Shown here: positions 39,165 to 49,132 of the stretch, piece after piece | Position numbering within the stretch: position 1 is the stretch's first letter | Layout: the number at the start of each line of letters is the position of its first letter | NCBI GenBank assembly: GCA_047601445.1 | Contig: JASGJH010000001.1 | Coordinates: 8,832,001-8,896,000, forward strand | Direction of reading: 5' to 3' | From: Myxococcales bacterium | GTDB taxonomy: Bacteria > Myxococcota_A > Polyangia > Polyangiales > DASUME01 | Length of the DNA: 64,000 nt | Notes under the pieces: generated by a model | The model's database searches: none | Told to the model about the DNA's origin: nothing | Seen by the model: the letters and a program-made list of their open reading frames with translations, nothing else | Program-made: the position numbers and the translations under genes

Positions 39165-41924
39165 TGCACCTTCTTGGACGCGTAGACGCGGATCTCGGTG
39201 GGATCGGCCTCGGCTACGAAGCGCAATCGGTACACCTGGTTGAGATCGTCACGCATGTAGACCGTGGTTTCGCCGGTGGCCAGGCTGAGCTTCTCGTGCG
39301 CGCTGTCGCCGGAGGTCCCGGCGGCGGTGTTGCTGAGCTTGGTGCCCAGGGTTTCGTCGGCGAAGAAGCCGGGCTTCGTGTAGTTGTAGACGCCGCTCGG
39401 CAGCGGATCACCGGCCGCGGCGAAGAACAAGTACGGCTTACTGTCCGCGCCGCGCTTGTAGTAGAAGTCCACCGCGCCGTTGTTCTTCTTGTAGTCGCCG
39501 AGCAGCTTGTCGCTGAGCACGTTGCGCTGCTTCTGCAGCTCGTCGGCGGTGGCGTCGCGGATTTGCGCGGCGGTGAGGCCGACCGGGATGTTGTAGAGCG
39601 TGAAGGCCACGTCGGCAGCACCTTCGGCGATGGTGGTGTTGCCGATATGGTGCAGCGCGTTCTGACCGATACCGAGGATCAGCTCCCAGACGTACTGAGG
39701 GTCGGGCGGATTGCCCAGGCCGGCAACGGAGTAGAACTTGGTCCAGCCCGCTGGATCGGTGCCTTGTCCCACGCTGATGTCAGCCGCCCTGTCGATAAGG
39801 AGCCACGAGTACTTGTTGTAGGTCCGCAGGTTCGCGTACTCGACGAGGGCGGCGCCCGTCAGCAGGTACTCGAGCTGCCACTTGGGCGTGCTCCACACGT
39901 AGGGGAGCGGCTTGGGCTGGCTCGGAGAGTTGTTGGTCATGCACGCGTTGCCCTCGCAGGACGGCACGAGCGCGTCGTTCTCGAGGACCTTCATCTTGAG
40001 GTTGACGGTGGGCGCGGCGGTGAGGCCCTGGATGTCGAACTTGCTGGCGTTCTTGAAGTCGAACTCGAGCACGTCATCGCGGGTCGCACCCGTGGTGTCC
40101 ACCACCAGCGCGATGTAGTCCTTGCCCGGTCGCGTGCCGTCGCCCGACAGGTCGATGCCGTCGAACCACTTGAGGTTGGAGGTCGCTACCAGGGTCATCT
40201 TGAAGTTGGGACCGAACACCACCGAGGTGGTCTGGAAGCTCGGGTCCAGGACGCCGGGGTGCCCACCGGAAGGGCCCAAGAGCGCTGGCAATGTCTTTAG
40301 ATCGTTCATCGCATCGTAGAGCGTGATCGGGATCTTGGCGCCGGGGAGGATCGCAGGATGACTCTGCATCCAGTACTGCTGCAGGGACGAGACCACCGAG
40401 TTGGTGGTGATGATCTCGCGCGTCTTGGGGATCGCAAGCACATCGGCCAGGATCTGGTTGAAGCCGCCGCCGAGGCCCAGCAGGTTCGCGAGCCCTTCGA
40501 GCTCGCCCACGCTGCTGCCCGCCACCATCGCGTTGGCAGGGGTCATGGTCAACAGACGCACGAAGCTGTACTCAGGCGTGTTCTTCCAGTTCGAGCCGTA
40601 GCTCTGGCCCAGAGAAGTGACGGTGCAGTCGTGTTGAGGATCCTTGTTGTCCTGCGTCCACTTCGTGCCACAGCTGGCCTTGATGTTGTTCACCGAGGTT
40701 TGAAGCAAGGTCGTCGTGTCGAGCTGCAATACGCGGATGTCCTTCTGCACGTCGGCCGCGATCACCTCGTTGACGCCCTCCTTGTCGAGGTCGAAGTGCA
40801 GCGTGGGCGGCGCGGTGTCTTCGCGCAGGCGCAGCGGGATGGCGACCTCGTCCGTCCAGGCCGGCTGGAAGGTGTTGAGTACGTGCACGTCGACGCCCGT
40901 GGCGAGGCCGCTCAGGTCGATGGCGCGCACCTCGATTCTGAAGTGGGCCCGGCTTGATCGGTAGGTCCACGTGCCAGGTTTGAAAGCCGTCGTCCGTCTC
41001 GGCGACCACGTACTCGCTCCAGGTGAGCTCGCCCGTGGCGTCCTTGGGGATGCCCACGCGCGCCTTCACCTCGCGCAAGCCCACCGCGTCCGATGCCGTG
41101 CCGGTCACCGTGACGACCGCGGTCGCGATCGTGCTGGCTTCGGCCGGAGCGCTCACGCTCAGCATGGGCGGATCGCGATCGACCTCCGCACGACCGGTCA
41201 GAGTGATGCTGGCCTGGCCCTCGTGTCCGGCGGCGTCGCGCGCGATGAAGGTCAGGACGTTGCTCTCACCAGGCAACAGCGGCACCAGACGCGACCAGCT
41301 GGCGAAGAAGTTGTCCGTCTCGACGAAGCGCTCCTTGAGCAGCTCTCCGTTGCGCAGCACGTCCATCGAGATCACGGCGCGATCGTCCGTCGCCGTACCG
41401 CTCACCAGCACCAGCGCGTGCAAGGGCGCGCTGCCGTCGGGCGGAGCCAACACTTGGACCACGGGCGTGGCATCGTCGGCGCTGTTGCCGGGACCAATCA
41501 AAGCGATGCGATCAGGGTTGCTCTTCTGCTGCGCGACGTCGCGTGCTTCGGCCTCCACGAAGAACATGCCGCCCGGGACCTGACTCTCGATCCACCAGTG
41601 CCGGAAGTTGTCGTCAGTGTTCGCGAGGAGTGCCACGTTGGGGCCCACCTTCACGAACACGCTCGCCACGCCGAGGTCGTCGCTGCTGGTGCCCTCGATG
41701 CGCAGCGGGCTGGTCACGGAGGCACCGGTAGTCGGCGTGGTGATGTGGACCGTCGGCAATGCGTCCTGCGGGCCGGTTGCCGCATCGCTGTGCGGGCCGG
41801 CATCGGAAATCCCGATTCCACCGTCTGGCCGTAGTACCGGCCCTTCCAATTCGACGGCTGCGCACCCGCCAGCGAGGACAAGGGCGGCAAGAGCGGGTGA
41901 AAAGGGGGGGCGCGAGCGGGTCAC
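39161..41924 (-). CDS. Lipoprotein of unknown function (paralog 1), 3 Ig-like repeats plus core domain; interrupted by a 1-nt insertion near 40937-40950
   Basis: Lipobox AGGC; three Ig-like repeats (GTSSDD, GTATDD, GTASDA). Removing one base joins ...LPIKPG to IEVRAIDLSG... and gives ~920 aa. Confidence 0.7.
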
Positions 41925-42049
41925 GTGACGCTCCGGTGGCTAAGGACAAGCAACGGAAGGTTTCGGGCCCACTATATCCAAGCTCTTGCGCCGGCGGAAA
42001 GCACGGCTGCGTGTGAACAAGGCGCGCACAAGTAATGGTCGGAGGGCGT

Positions 42050-42137
42050 TTCGTGAGCGTAGCGAACCTCGTGGTGGGGTGGGTCCCCGCGCGGCTTTGC
42101 CGCGCGGGGCGGGGAGGGCGCGTGCCCTCCCCGTGAA
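42050..42137 (+). repeat. Dispersed structured intergenic repeat, copy 2
   Basis: Homologous to 22251-22342; terminal hairpin variant GGGGAGGGC-GCGT-GCCCTCCCC. Confidence 0.9.
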
Positions 42138-42293
42138 GTCAAAGCGGGCCGAGCCCTGCTTTCGCTATCGAGCCTGCGGCGGAAAGGTGCTATCCCCTGC
42201 GCCAGCACCTTCGGGCCCAGGGCCCTGGGTCAGGTCGCAGGGGTCGCAAGCACAGAGCTCAGGGCCCATCTGAATCGGAAGAAGGAGACGGCA

Positions 42294-42680
42294 ATGGCGA
42301 AGTTTCTGTCGGACGAGTGGTTTGCCAAAGTGCAGCAGATCACCGAAGAGATGGGCGATATCGAGATCCCCGGACCCCTCAAGGATTTGACCCTCAATCT
42401 CACCGTCACGCTGGCCGACGGTACCGAGAAGAAGGTCAACATGAGCGGCGGTCAGTTCGGCCAGGGCCACAAGGCCGGGGCCCCTGTAACCGTGCTTCTA
42501 CCTGCCGATATCGCGAAGAAGATCTTTGTGGATGCCGATCAGCAGGCCGGTATGCAGGCCTTCATGAGCGGTCAGATGCGCGTCGAGGGCGACGTGACGA
42601 AGCTCATGGTCCTGCAGACCGTGCAGCCCAGCGACGACCTCAAGGACCTGATGGCGGACATCCGCGATCAGACCGACTGA
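42294..42680 (+). CDS. SCP2 sterol/lipid-carrier domain protein
   Basis: FLSDEW start and MQAFMSGQMRVEGDVTKLM signature; AAGGAG RBS. Confidence 0.85.
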   Translation: MAKFLSDEWFAKVQQITEEMGDIEIPGPLKDLTLNLTVTLADGTEKKVNMSGGQFGQGHKAGAPVTVLLPADIAKKIFVDADQQAGMQAFMSGQMRVEGDVTKLMVLQTVQPSDDLKDLMADIRDQTD

Positions 42681-42705
42681 GCCGACGCACCCCAGGCCCA
42701 CGAGC

Positions 42706-42737
42706 GACGCCCACCCTAGCGGTGGGCGTTCGTGTTT
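42706..42737 (+). terminator. Putative intrinsic terminator after the SCP2 gene
   Basis: GACGCCCACC-CTAGC-GGTGGGCGTT stem-loop followed by CGTGTTT (weak U-tract). Confidence 0.5.
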
Positions 42738-42856
42738 AAGCCTCCTCTGGGCTTGCAGCTCGTGAGCGCTCGCCCACGGACGCAGGGCAACGCGGCTGCA
42801 TGGGGCACCACCCACGGCGGTCGTGCGGGCGGCTATGCTGGGCGCAGGAGGCTGCG

Positions 42857-43912
42857 ATGGACCTGGAACCACAAGCGTTGGCCGATCGACTTGGCGTGTC
42901 GCGCGCCGCCGTCGAGCTCTATCTCGACAGCCAGGTCGTCGACCTGCACATCGACACGTTCATCTGGCAGCGCTTGTTCGGCTACGACCTCACCAAGCAG
43001 CACGGCACGGGCCCTCTCGGAGCGCGCTTCTTCGGTCAGGCCGATCTGCCGCGCGTATTGGAAGCTGGTCTGGCCGGGGCGCTCTGGATCGTCACGACCA
43101 ATCCTCTGCGAGGGCGGCTCGGCAAGCGTGACGCTGCGCTCGCCAACATCGCGCGTCTGCGCGCCTTGTTGGACCAATCTCCACGGGCAGCCGTGGTCGC
43201 GGGGCTGGCCGAATATCGGGCCGCACGGGCGGCGGGCAAACACGCCGCGTTCATCGGTATCCAGGGCGGGAACGCGCTCGAGTTCGAGCTCGAGGACTTC
43301 GACCGGCCAGAGCTCGCGCAGCTGAGCCTGATCACGCTGCTTCACTTCACGCGCTCCCGCATCGGTGCGCCGGCCTTGCCGCGTGCGCTGGCCTGGGGCG
43401 ATCAGCGCCTTACCGCCTTCGGCCGTGACTACGTTCGCAAGCTCAATCAGCGCCGCATCCTGGTGGACCTTGCACATTTGAGCCGGGATGGTTTCTGGGA
43501 CGCCCTCGAAATCCACGACAAGACCCTGCCGCCCACGGTGAGTCATGCCGGCTGCGATGCCGTGTACCCGCATTTTCGTAACCTCACGGATCCACAGCTC
43601 AAGGCCATCGCGGATCACGGAGGCGTCATCGGCATCATGTTCCAGGCGCAGTTTCTCGGGCCTTCCACCTGGGCGGGCAAGATCGAATGGGTTGCCGACC
43701 ACATCCTGCACGCGGTGCGCGTCGTGGGCGCGGAGCACGTCGCGCTCGGTAGCGACTTCGACGGAGCCATCGTGCCGCCGCCTGCGCTCTCCACCGTCTT
43801 GCACCTGCCACGTCTGGTGGACTTGCTGCTCTCTCGCGGGCTCCCTGAGCCAGCGGTGCGGCAAATCCTCGGGCTCAGCTTTCTGCAGATGCTGGAGCGG
43901 ATCCGGCCCTGA
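42857..43912 (+). CDS. Membrane dipeptidase (peptidase M19 family)
   Basis: VDLHID, VDLAH, SHAG, RNLTD, LGSDFDG; AGGAGG RBS. Confidence 0.9.
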   Translation: MDLEPQALADRLGVSRAAVELYLDSQVVDLHIDTFIWQRLFGYDLTKQHGTGPLGARFFGQADLPRVLEAGLAGALWIVTTNPLRGRLGKRDAALANIARLRALLDQSPRAAVVAGLAEYRAARAAGKHAAFIGIQGGNALEFELEDFDRPELAQLSLITLLHFTRSRIGAPALPRALAWGDQRLTAFGRDYVRKLNQRRILVDLAHLSRDGFWDALEIHDKTLPPTVSHAGCDAVYPHFRNLTDPQLKAIADHGGVIGIMFQAQFLGPSTWAGKIEWVADHILHAVRVVGAEHVALGSDFDGAIVPPPALSTVLHLPRLVDLLLSRGLPEPAVRQILGLSFLQMLERIRP

Positions 43913-43926
43913 GGCGAGGCACGTCT

Positions 43927-45123
43927 CTAAGGCGTCGCGGCCAGTGCCGCACAACGGCCCGCCACGTGTTGCGCGTGCACCCCGTCCGGATAGCGCGCCA
44001 GGTAGCGATTGCGCGCGCTCTCGCACGCCCGGCGATCCCCGAGCGCCTCGTGAGCCAGAACCAGGCGCGCCAGCGCGTCCTCGGCGAAGGCCCGGCGCGC
44101 ATCGAGTCTGAGCGCGCGCTCGAGGGCCTCGGCGCCACCCCTGAGGTCGCCCAGCGAGTCCATGCGGATGCGGCCGAGCTCGAACGAGGAGAAGGCAGCG
44201 CGTCGGTCCTTGGGGTAGTCGTTCACCAGCTCGGCGTAGATCTCCGCGGCTTCGCGCAGTCGACCCAGTCGGCGCGCGGCGTTGCCCTGCTCGAAGAGGA
44301 GCAGCGCCGCAGCCTCCTGTTGAGCCCGCGCCTGCTCGCGCTCGCGCGCTTCGGCGGCGCGTGCACGCCGCCGCGCGCGCTTGCTCAGCTTGCGCGCGCC
44401 CGTCCCGCTCCCCTCCCGCGCGCTGTCGACCGCGTCGCCTTCGTCCGCGTTCACATCGCCGTCCACATCGCCCGCGAGCTGGCCCACGTGGTCGTCGAGT
44501 TGCTCGAGCACCGGCTCGGCAGCCACCTGCGGCTCCGCCACGAACGTCGACCAGTGTTCGCCCTCCGAGAGCTGCACCGCCGTGGCGCCCCTGCGATGCA
44601 CCTCGACCGAGCCCTCTTCCACGTCGACGCGGATCTTCTCGCCCCCGGCGCTCGGGCTGCGACGCACGCGGAACTGCGTGCCTGTCACCCGCACCTCCAC
44701 CTCACCGAGCTCCACGCTGAAGCGACGCGACCGTCGCTTGGCCACGTCGAAGCGCGCGCTGCCGGTGCGGATGCTGAGCTTCACCGCCCCCGGCTGGCTG
44801 CTCAAGAGCTCCACTTCCGAGCGCGGCTCGAGCTCGATCAGCGTGCCCTCGGCGAGGCTAAAGTTCACCGGCGCATCGTCGCTCGTGACGAGCGCACCGG
44901 CCCACACGGACGGCGTCTCGGTGCGGGCGCTCGGCCACAGCCACAGACCGGCCACGGCGCACGCGGCGAGCACGACGCCTCCCCAACGCAGCGCGCGCAG
45001 GGCCTGGGCGCGTCGCGCTCCGTGCAGCCCCTCGGCGATGCGATCCCACTGGGCATCCAGGCGGCCCTTGCGCTGTTCGGGAACCACGTAGCTGGCGTGG
45101 TTCTTGGGGACCTCGTGGTTCAT
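43927..45123 (-). CDS. FecR-domain/TPR putative anti-sigma factor
   Basis: TM helix; FecR GSARFDV...VRVTGTQFRV...VEEGSVEV; C-terminal TPR; ATGA overlap with the sigma gene. Confidence 0.85.
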   Translation of the reverse strand: MNHEVPKNHASYVVPEQRKGRLDAQWDRIAEGLHGARRAQALRALRWGGVVLAACAVAGLWLWPSARTETPSVWAGALVTSDDAPVNFSLAEGTLIELEPRSEVELLSSQPGAVKLSIRTGSARFDVAKRRSRRFSVELGEVEVRVTGTQFRVRRSPSAGGEKIRVDVEEGSVEVHRRGATAVQLSEGEHWSTFVAEPQVAAEPVLEQLDDHVGQLAGDVDGDVNADEGDAVDSAREGSGTGARKLSKRARRRARAAEAREREQARAQQEAAALLLFEQGNAARRLGRLREAAEIYAELVNDYPKDRRAAFSSFELGRIRMDSLGDLRGGAEALERALRLDARRAFAEDALARLVLAHEALGDRRACESARNRYLARYPDGVHAQHVAGRCAALAATP

Positions 45124-45761
45124 GGGCCCGGCTCCCGCGCGCTCGGCGTCGCCACCGCGAGCACGCGCTCGGCGGCCGCCAGGCGCCGCTTCACGGTCGA
45201 GAGCGAGATGCCCAGGGTCTCGGCCGTCTCCGGCAGGCTCATGCCTTCCACACGGTGGAGCACGAGCGAGAGCCGCACCTCGTGGTGCATCGCATCGAGA
45301 CACGAATAGATGCGGGAGAGCTCGGCGCGCGCGTCCGGTGGCGCATCGCTCGAGAGCACCACATCGGGATCGATGGGGGTGCTGCGCCGGATTCCGAGCC
45401 GATTGAGCAGGGCCCGCCGGCGCAGGCGCTTGCTCGCCGTACGCACCACGATGGAACCCAGCCAGGACGCGAAGGCTTGCGGGTTCTCCAGGCGATGCAG
45501 GTTCTTGAGGGCCTCGAGGAAGCTATCCTGGACCAGATCGTCGACCTCGGAGTCGCGCCCCAGCACCCGGAAGGCCAACCCGTTGACCATGCGGGCATAG
45601 CGCCGGAACAGCGCTTCCTGAGCCCACGCTTCGCCTTGCCGAGCTGCGCCCACCAAGGCGGCGTCGGTTGGACCGGGGTTGCCTCCGGGCAAGCTCTTGA
45701 GGGCGCGCACCACGTGAGTTTGTACCACTGGCGGCCGGCGCCGGTTCACGGAGGGCCCCAA
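45120..45761 (-). CDS. ECF RNA polymerase sigma factor
   Basis: DDLVQDSF, FASWL, LVLHRVEGMSLPETAETLGISLSTVKRRL. Confidence 0.9.
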   Translation of the reverse strand: MGPSVNRRRPPVVQTHVVRALKSLPGGNPGPTDAALVGAARQGEAWAQEALFRRYARMVNGLAFRVLGRDSEVDDLVQDSFLEALKNLHRLENPQAFASWLGSIVVRTASKRLRRRALLNRLGIRRSTPIDPDVVLSSDAPPDARAELSRIYSCLDAMHHEVRLSLVLHRVEGMSLPETAETLGISLSTVKRRLAAAERVLAVATPSAREPGP

Positions 45762-45859
45762 AGCGAGCGCTTTCGAGCCCCCTTGCGCGCAGGATGTAGG
45801 AGGAATGTCTGCTTTTCACGCCCGAGGCGAGCGCAGCGCTCACGCTGTAACCCGGCGGC

Positions 45860-46402
45860 CTACTTGGACAAAGCCACCGGCTGAATCTCGACGTCGCAGT
45901 TGAGCTCGTCGCACAGCACTTCGAGCTCGGTGCGCAGTCGCTTGACCTGCACGGTCGCCGGCACCGTCATCAGCAGGTCCATGCTGAACAGGGGCGCACC
46001 GGTCTCGGGACGCGGATGGGAGCGCGTCTCGAGCTCCTCCACGTTGATCGCGTGTCGCTGCAACAGGTCCGTGATGCGGTGCACCAAGCCCGGTTGGTCC
46101 ATGGCGTAGGTGCGCAGGCGATAGGGCACGCCCACGGTGGTCGGCCACTTGTCCTCTTGCGCGGTGTTGCCGCGGAAGGTGAGGGCGAGCCCCAGGCTCT
46201 CGGCCACGTTGAGCAGCTTTTCCTGCACGACCTCGACGGTACGCTCCGGGACCTCGGCCAGAAGAATGACCGCGAATTGACCGCGCAGGTTGACCATGCG
46301 CGAGTCGGCCACGTTGACGCCTGCCTCGAACAGCGGTGCTGTCAGTTTTCCGATGAGACCGGGGCGATCGGGCCCCACAGCGGTGATCACGAGCTCTTGC
46401 AT
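45860..46402 (-). CDS. gcvR: GcvR-like double-ACT-domain protein
   Basis: VITAVGPDRPGL, DSRM, MDQPGLVHRIT, INVEELET. Confidence 0.8.
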   Translation of the reverse strand: MQELVITAVGPDRPGLIGKLTAPLFEAGVNVADSRMVNLRGQFAVILLAEVPERTVEVVQEKLLNVAESLGLALTFRGNTAQEDKWPTTVGVPYRLRTYAMDQPGLVHRITDLLQRHAINVEELETRSHPRPETGAPLFSMDLLMTVPATVQVKRLRTELEVLCDELNCDVEIQPVALSK

Positions 46403-46444
46403 CGGTCCCACTATAACAACCCGTGCGCTAGCGGGCTGAGCAAC

Positions 46445-46948
46445 CTACGGGTCCGGCAACATCTTGGGCACCTTGGGTCTACGCGCCCCCGAGTCCTGCG
46501 CGTCGAGTGGGGTCCAGCTCTGGTCGCTTTCCAGCCGGTAGCTGCCGAGGAATCGATGCGGGGGCTGCCCGCCCCAATCCGCGGGGGCCAGCAAGGACCA
46601 GTACCGCACCTCGTCTCCATCGACATGAGGGCGCGCGTAGAGGTGGTAGGTCTTGCCCGGGTGCCGCACGAAGCGGGCCTCCGCACGGTGCAGCTCGGCG
46701 TTGACGCGTGCCTGCTCGAGCAAGCGCTCGGCCTGACTTCGCAGCGCGGCCATCTGCTCGGCGATCAGTCGGAGCTGAGCGTCCGTGGTGGAAGCAATGA
46801 AGGCATCTGCGTGTTCGATCTCGCGCGCCACATCGACCAGTGACACGGGGCCAGCCAGTCGGCTCAAAGCGTAGGGCGCCGCGCGACCGGGGCCCGCGAA
46901 GGGCCGCTGCTGCGTACCCCGTTCGGGGGCCTGTTCGTCATCGCTCAT
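46445..46948 (-). CDS. DUF2452-like protein
   Basis: IAEQM...A...GKTYHLY...SLLAPADWG...FLGSYRLESDQSW pattern. Confidence 0.7.
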   Translation of the reverse strand: MSDDEQAPERGTQQRPFAGPGRAAPYALSRLAGPVSLVDVAREIEHADAFIASTTDAQLRLIAEQMAALRSQAERLLEQARVNAELHRAEARFVRHPGKTYHLYARPHVDGDEVRYWSLLAPADWGGQPPHRFLGSYRLESDQSWTPLDAQDSGARRPKVPKMLPDP

Positions 46949-47032
46949 GGGGCTCGATCTGTAGCAGAATCTGGGGTGTCTCCTCGCTACCCCCCCTCTT
47001 GCGTCGCCCAGGCCACGGCTTAAGTTCCAACC

Positions 47033-47731
47033 ATGTACTTCGACCCGATGTATCTCCTGTTCCTGGCCCCCGGCATGCTGCTGAGCCTGTGGGCTAGCTT
47101 CAAGGTGAAGTCCGCGTTCCGCCACTACAGCCAGGTGCCGGCGCAGAGCGGGCTTTCTGGCGCCCAGGCGGCCCGCGAGCTGCTGCGTCAGAAGGGCATC
47201 AACGACGTGACCGTCGAAGAGGTGCAGGGCTTTCTGTCGGATCACTACGATCCCTGGCACAAGGTGCTGAGGCTCTCGCCGGATGTCTTTCACGGTCGCT
47301 CGCTCGCTGCGCTTGGTGTCGCGGCTCATGAGGCCGGTCACGCCATCCAGCACGCCACGGACTATGCGGCGCTCAAGTTCCGCTCCCTGATCGTGAAGCC
47401 TGCGCAGATCGGCTCCAACATCGGCGGCTACTTGTGCATGTTCGGCATCATGCTGGCTTCCACCAAGATGGTCTGGGCAGGCGTCATCCTGTTCAGCGCC
47501 TTCGTGATCTTCACGCTCATCACGCTGCCGGTGGAGTTCAACGCCAGTAGTCGCGCCGTGCAGGTGCTGGAGTCCAGTGGGATGATCACGCGCTCCGAAG
47601 TCGACGGCACGCGCGCCGTGTTGAACGCCGCCGCCATGACCTACGTGGCGGGCGCCATCGCCGCCATCATGCAGCTGCTCTACTTCTTGATCCGCGCGGG
47701 CATCATCGGCGGTGGCCGCCGCGACGACTGA
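47033..47731 (+). CDS. Putative neutral zinc metallopeptidase (YugP-like)
   Basis: LSDHYDP, AAHEAGHAIQH (HExxH), TLPVEFNASSRA, AAAMTYVA. Confidence 0.92.
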   Translation: MYFDPMYLLFLAPGMLLSLWASFKVKSAFRHYSQVPAQSGLSGAQAARELLRQKGINDVTVEEVQGFLSDHYDPWHKVLRLSPDVFHGRSLAALGVAAHEAGHAIQHATDYAALKFRSLIVKPAQIGSNIGGYLCMFGIMLASTKMVWAGVILFSAFVIFTLITLPVEFNASSRAVQVLESSGMITRSEVDGTRAVLNAAAMTYVAGAIAAIMQLLYFLIRAGIIGGGRRDD

Positions 47732-47733
47732 AG

Positions 47734-47778
47734 GCGAACCTCGCGACGGGCGGGGAGGTCCCGTGACCTCCCCGAGAA
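47734..47778 (+). repeat. Dispersed structured repeat, truncated copy 3 (between convergent genes)
   Basis: GCGAACCTCGCG joined to ACGGGCGGGGAGGTC-CCGT-GACCTCCCCG. Confidence 0.8.
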
Positions 47779-47779
47779 T

Positions 47780-48625
47780 TCACCGCGGTTCGAGCTCGAT
47801 TTCCATGCCCTCATAGGCGGCACGGGCGCTCGGGAACAGCTTGCGGGTACGGTCGGTCTTGTCCGCCACGTCCTGGTCGTTCTGATCGGGATCGTGGTGG
47901 AAGAGCAAGAGCTCGCCGACGCCAGCGTCACGCGCCAGGGCGGCGCCCACCTCGAAGGTGGAGTGGCCCCAACCGACGCGCGGGACTCCGTCCTTTTTGC
48001 CCGTGTACTCCTCGGGCGTGTACATGCAGTCGTAGATCAGCAGATCTGCACCGCGGGTGAGCTCGAGGATGGCCGGCGGCTGCGGGCCGTCGGGCTCGTG
48101 GTCGGTCAGGTACACGACGGCGCGGCCTCCGTGCTCGACCCGGTAGGCCAGCACGCCGCCAGGATGGTTGCCCGAGGCACAGCGCACCCGGATGCCAGGG
48201 CCGGGCTCGACCACCGCGCCGGAGCTCAGGTCGTGGAACCGAAGGCTGGCCGGGAGCTGGTCCAGTCGCACCGGAAAGCTTGGGCTCTCCATTTGCCCGA
48301 CCATGGCGCTCTCCACGCGGCCGGCGACCTGATCGCCACCGTACATGTGGATCGTGTTGCCTGGCACGAAGGCGGGCCCGAAGAAGGGGAACCCCTGGAT
48401 GTGGTCCCAGTGGACGTGGCTGAAGAACAGGTGGAGCTCGAGCGGCATCTCCTTGGCAATGGCCTTGCCCAGAAGACGCAGACCCGTGCCGCCGTCGAAC
48501 ACCAGCAGGGACTTGCCGCAGCGGATCTCGACACAGCTCGTGTTGCCGCCGATGCCCGCGGTAGAGGTACCCGGCACAGGGACGCTCCCCCGTACTCCCC
48601 AGAACTTGACGCGGATGCCCGCCAA
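47780..48625 (-). CDS. MBL-fold metallo-hydrolase
   Basis: FWGVRGS, GGNTSC, DGGTG, SHVHWDHIQG, WGHS, FHHDP. Confidence 0.92.
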   Translation of the reverse strand: MAGIRVKFWGVRGSVPVPGTSTAGIGGNTSCVEIRCGKSLLVFDGGTGLRLLGKAIAKEMPLELHLFFSHVHWDHIQGFPFFGPAFVPGNTIHMYGGDQVAGRVESAMVGQMESPSFPVRLDQLPASLRFHDLSSGAVVEPGPGIRVRCASGNHPGGVLAYRVEHGGRAVVYLTDHEPDGPQPPAILELTRGADLLIYDCMYTPEEYTGKKDGVPRVGWGHSTFEVGAALARDAGVGELLLFHHDPDQNDQDVADKTDRTRKLFPSARAAYEGMEIELEPR

Positions 48626-48763
48626 CCCAAGCCTCCCTAATCAGCCTGCTCGGAAATACGGTACAGGGGTTTGCCCAAGTTCGTCAAACGAACCGCCCCT
48701 TCCCGAGGGGCTCGGGCGCACCGACCGGTGCTCGACCCTCGCTCACCCACCTGCCGGCGCAGG

Positions 48764-49096
48764 TCATTCGGAGCGGACGTCCATGACGCAGCGCTCGAGC
48801 AGTTTGGCTTGCCCTTCGTCGAGGGCGAGGAACTCGAGACCCGCCTCGAACTGGGCGAAGTCGTCCTGGAGGGGACGCACCCAGGCCACCCGCACCGGGA
48901 CGGTCAGCGAGCCGCCATCGGGCAGGAAGAGCTCGATCTCGAGGCGCTTGCCCACCGTGAGTGAGTCATCGGTCAGGATGCGTACCCCGCCCAGGCTGAG
49001 GTCGCGGGCGGGGCTGCGTGGTCCGAACAGGCGCGCGGGGCGGTAGTACACCGGCACACTGAGGCGCGGAAAGCGTCTGCGTTCGTCGGCCCCCAT
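48764..49096 (-). CDS. PilZ-domain protein
   Basis: ERRRFPR (RxxxR) and DLSLGG (DxSxGG). Confidence 0.9.
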   Translation of the reverse strand: MGADERRRFPRLSVPVYYRPARLFGPRSPARDLSLGGVRILTDDSLTVGKRLEIELFLPDGGSLTVPVRVAWVRPLQDDFAQFEAGLEFLALDEGQAKLLERCVMDVRSE

Positions 49097-49132
49097 GTTT
49101 CCAGAAGTAGAACACGAGACAAGCTGCGTTCG

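Noticed and set aside
36663..39185. 840-aa plus-strand ORF (also 55531-57693, 8878-10767, 12660-14357 and 43966-45309)
   Set aside because: These are antisense or alternate-frame shadows of well-supported genes, expected from high-GC codon bias, and show no motifs.
40930..40960. Programmed ribosomal frameshift or phase variation
   Set aside because: There is no slippery heptamer, long homopolymer or shift-site stop, and a second similar indel at ~61180 favours sequencing error.
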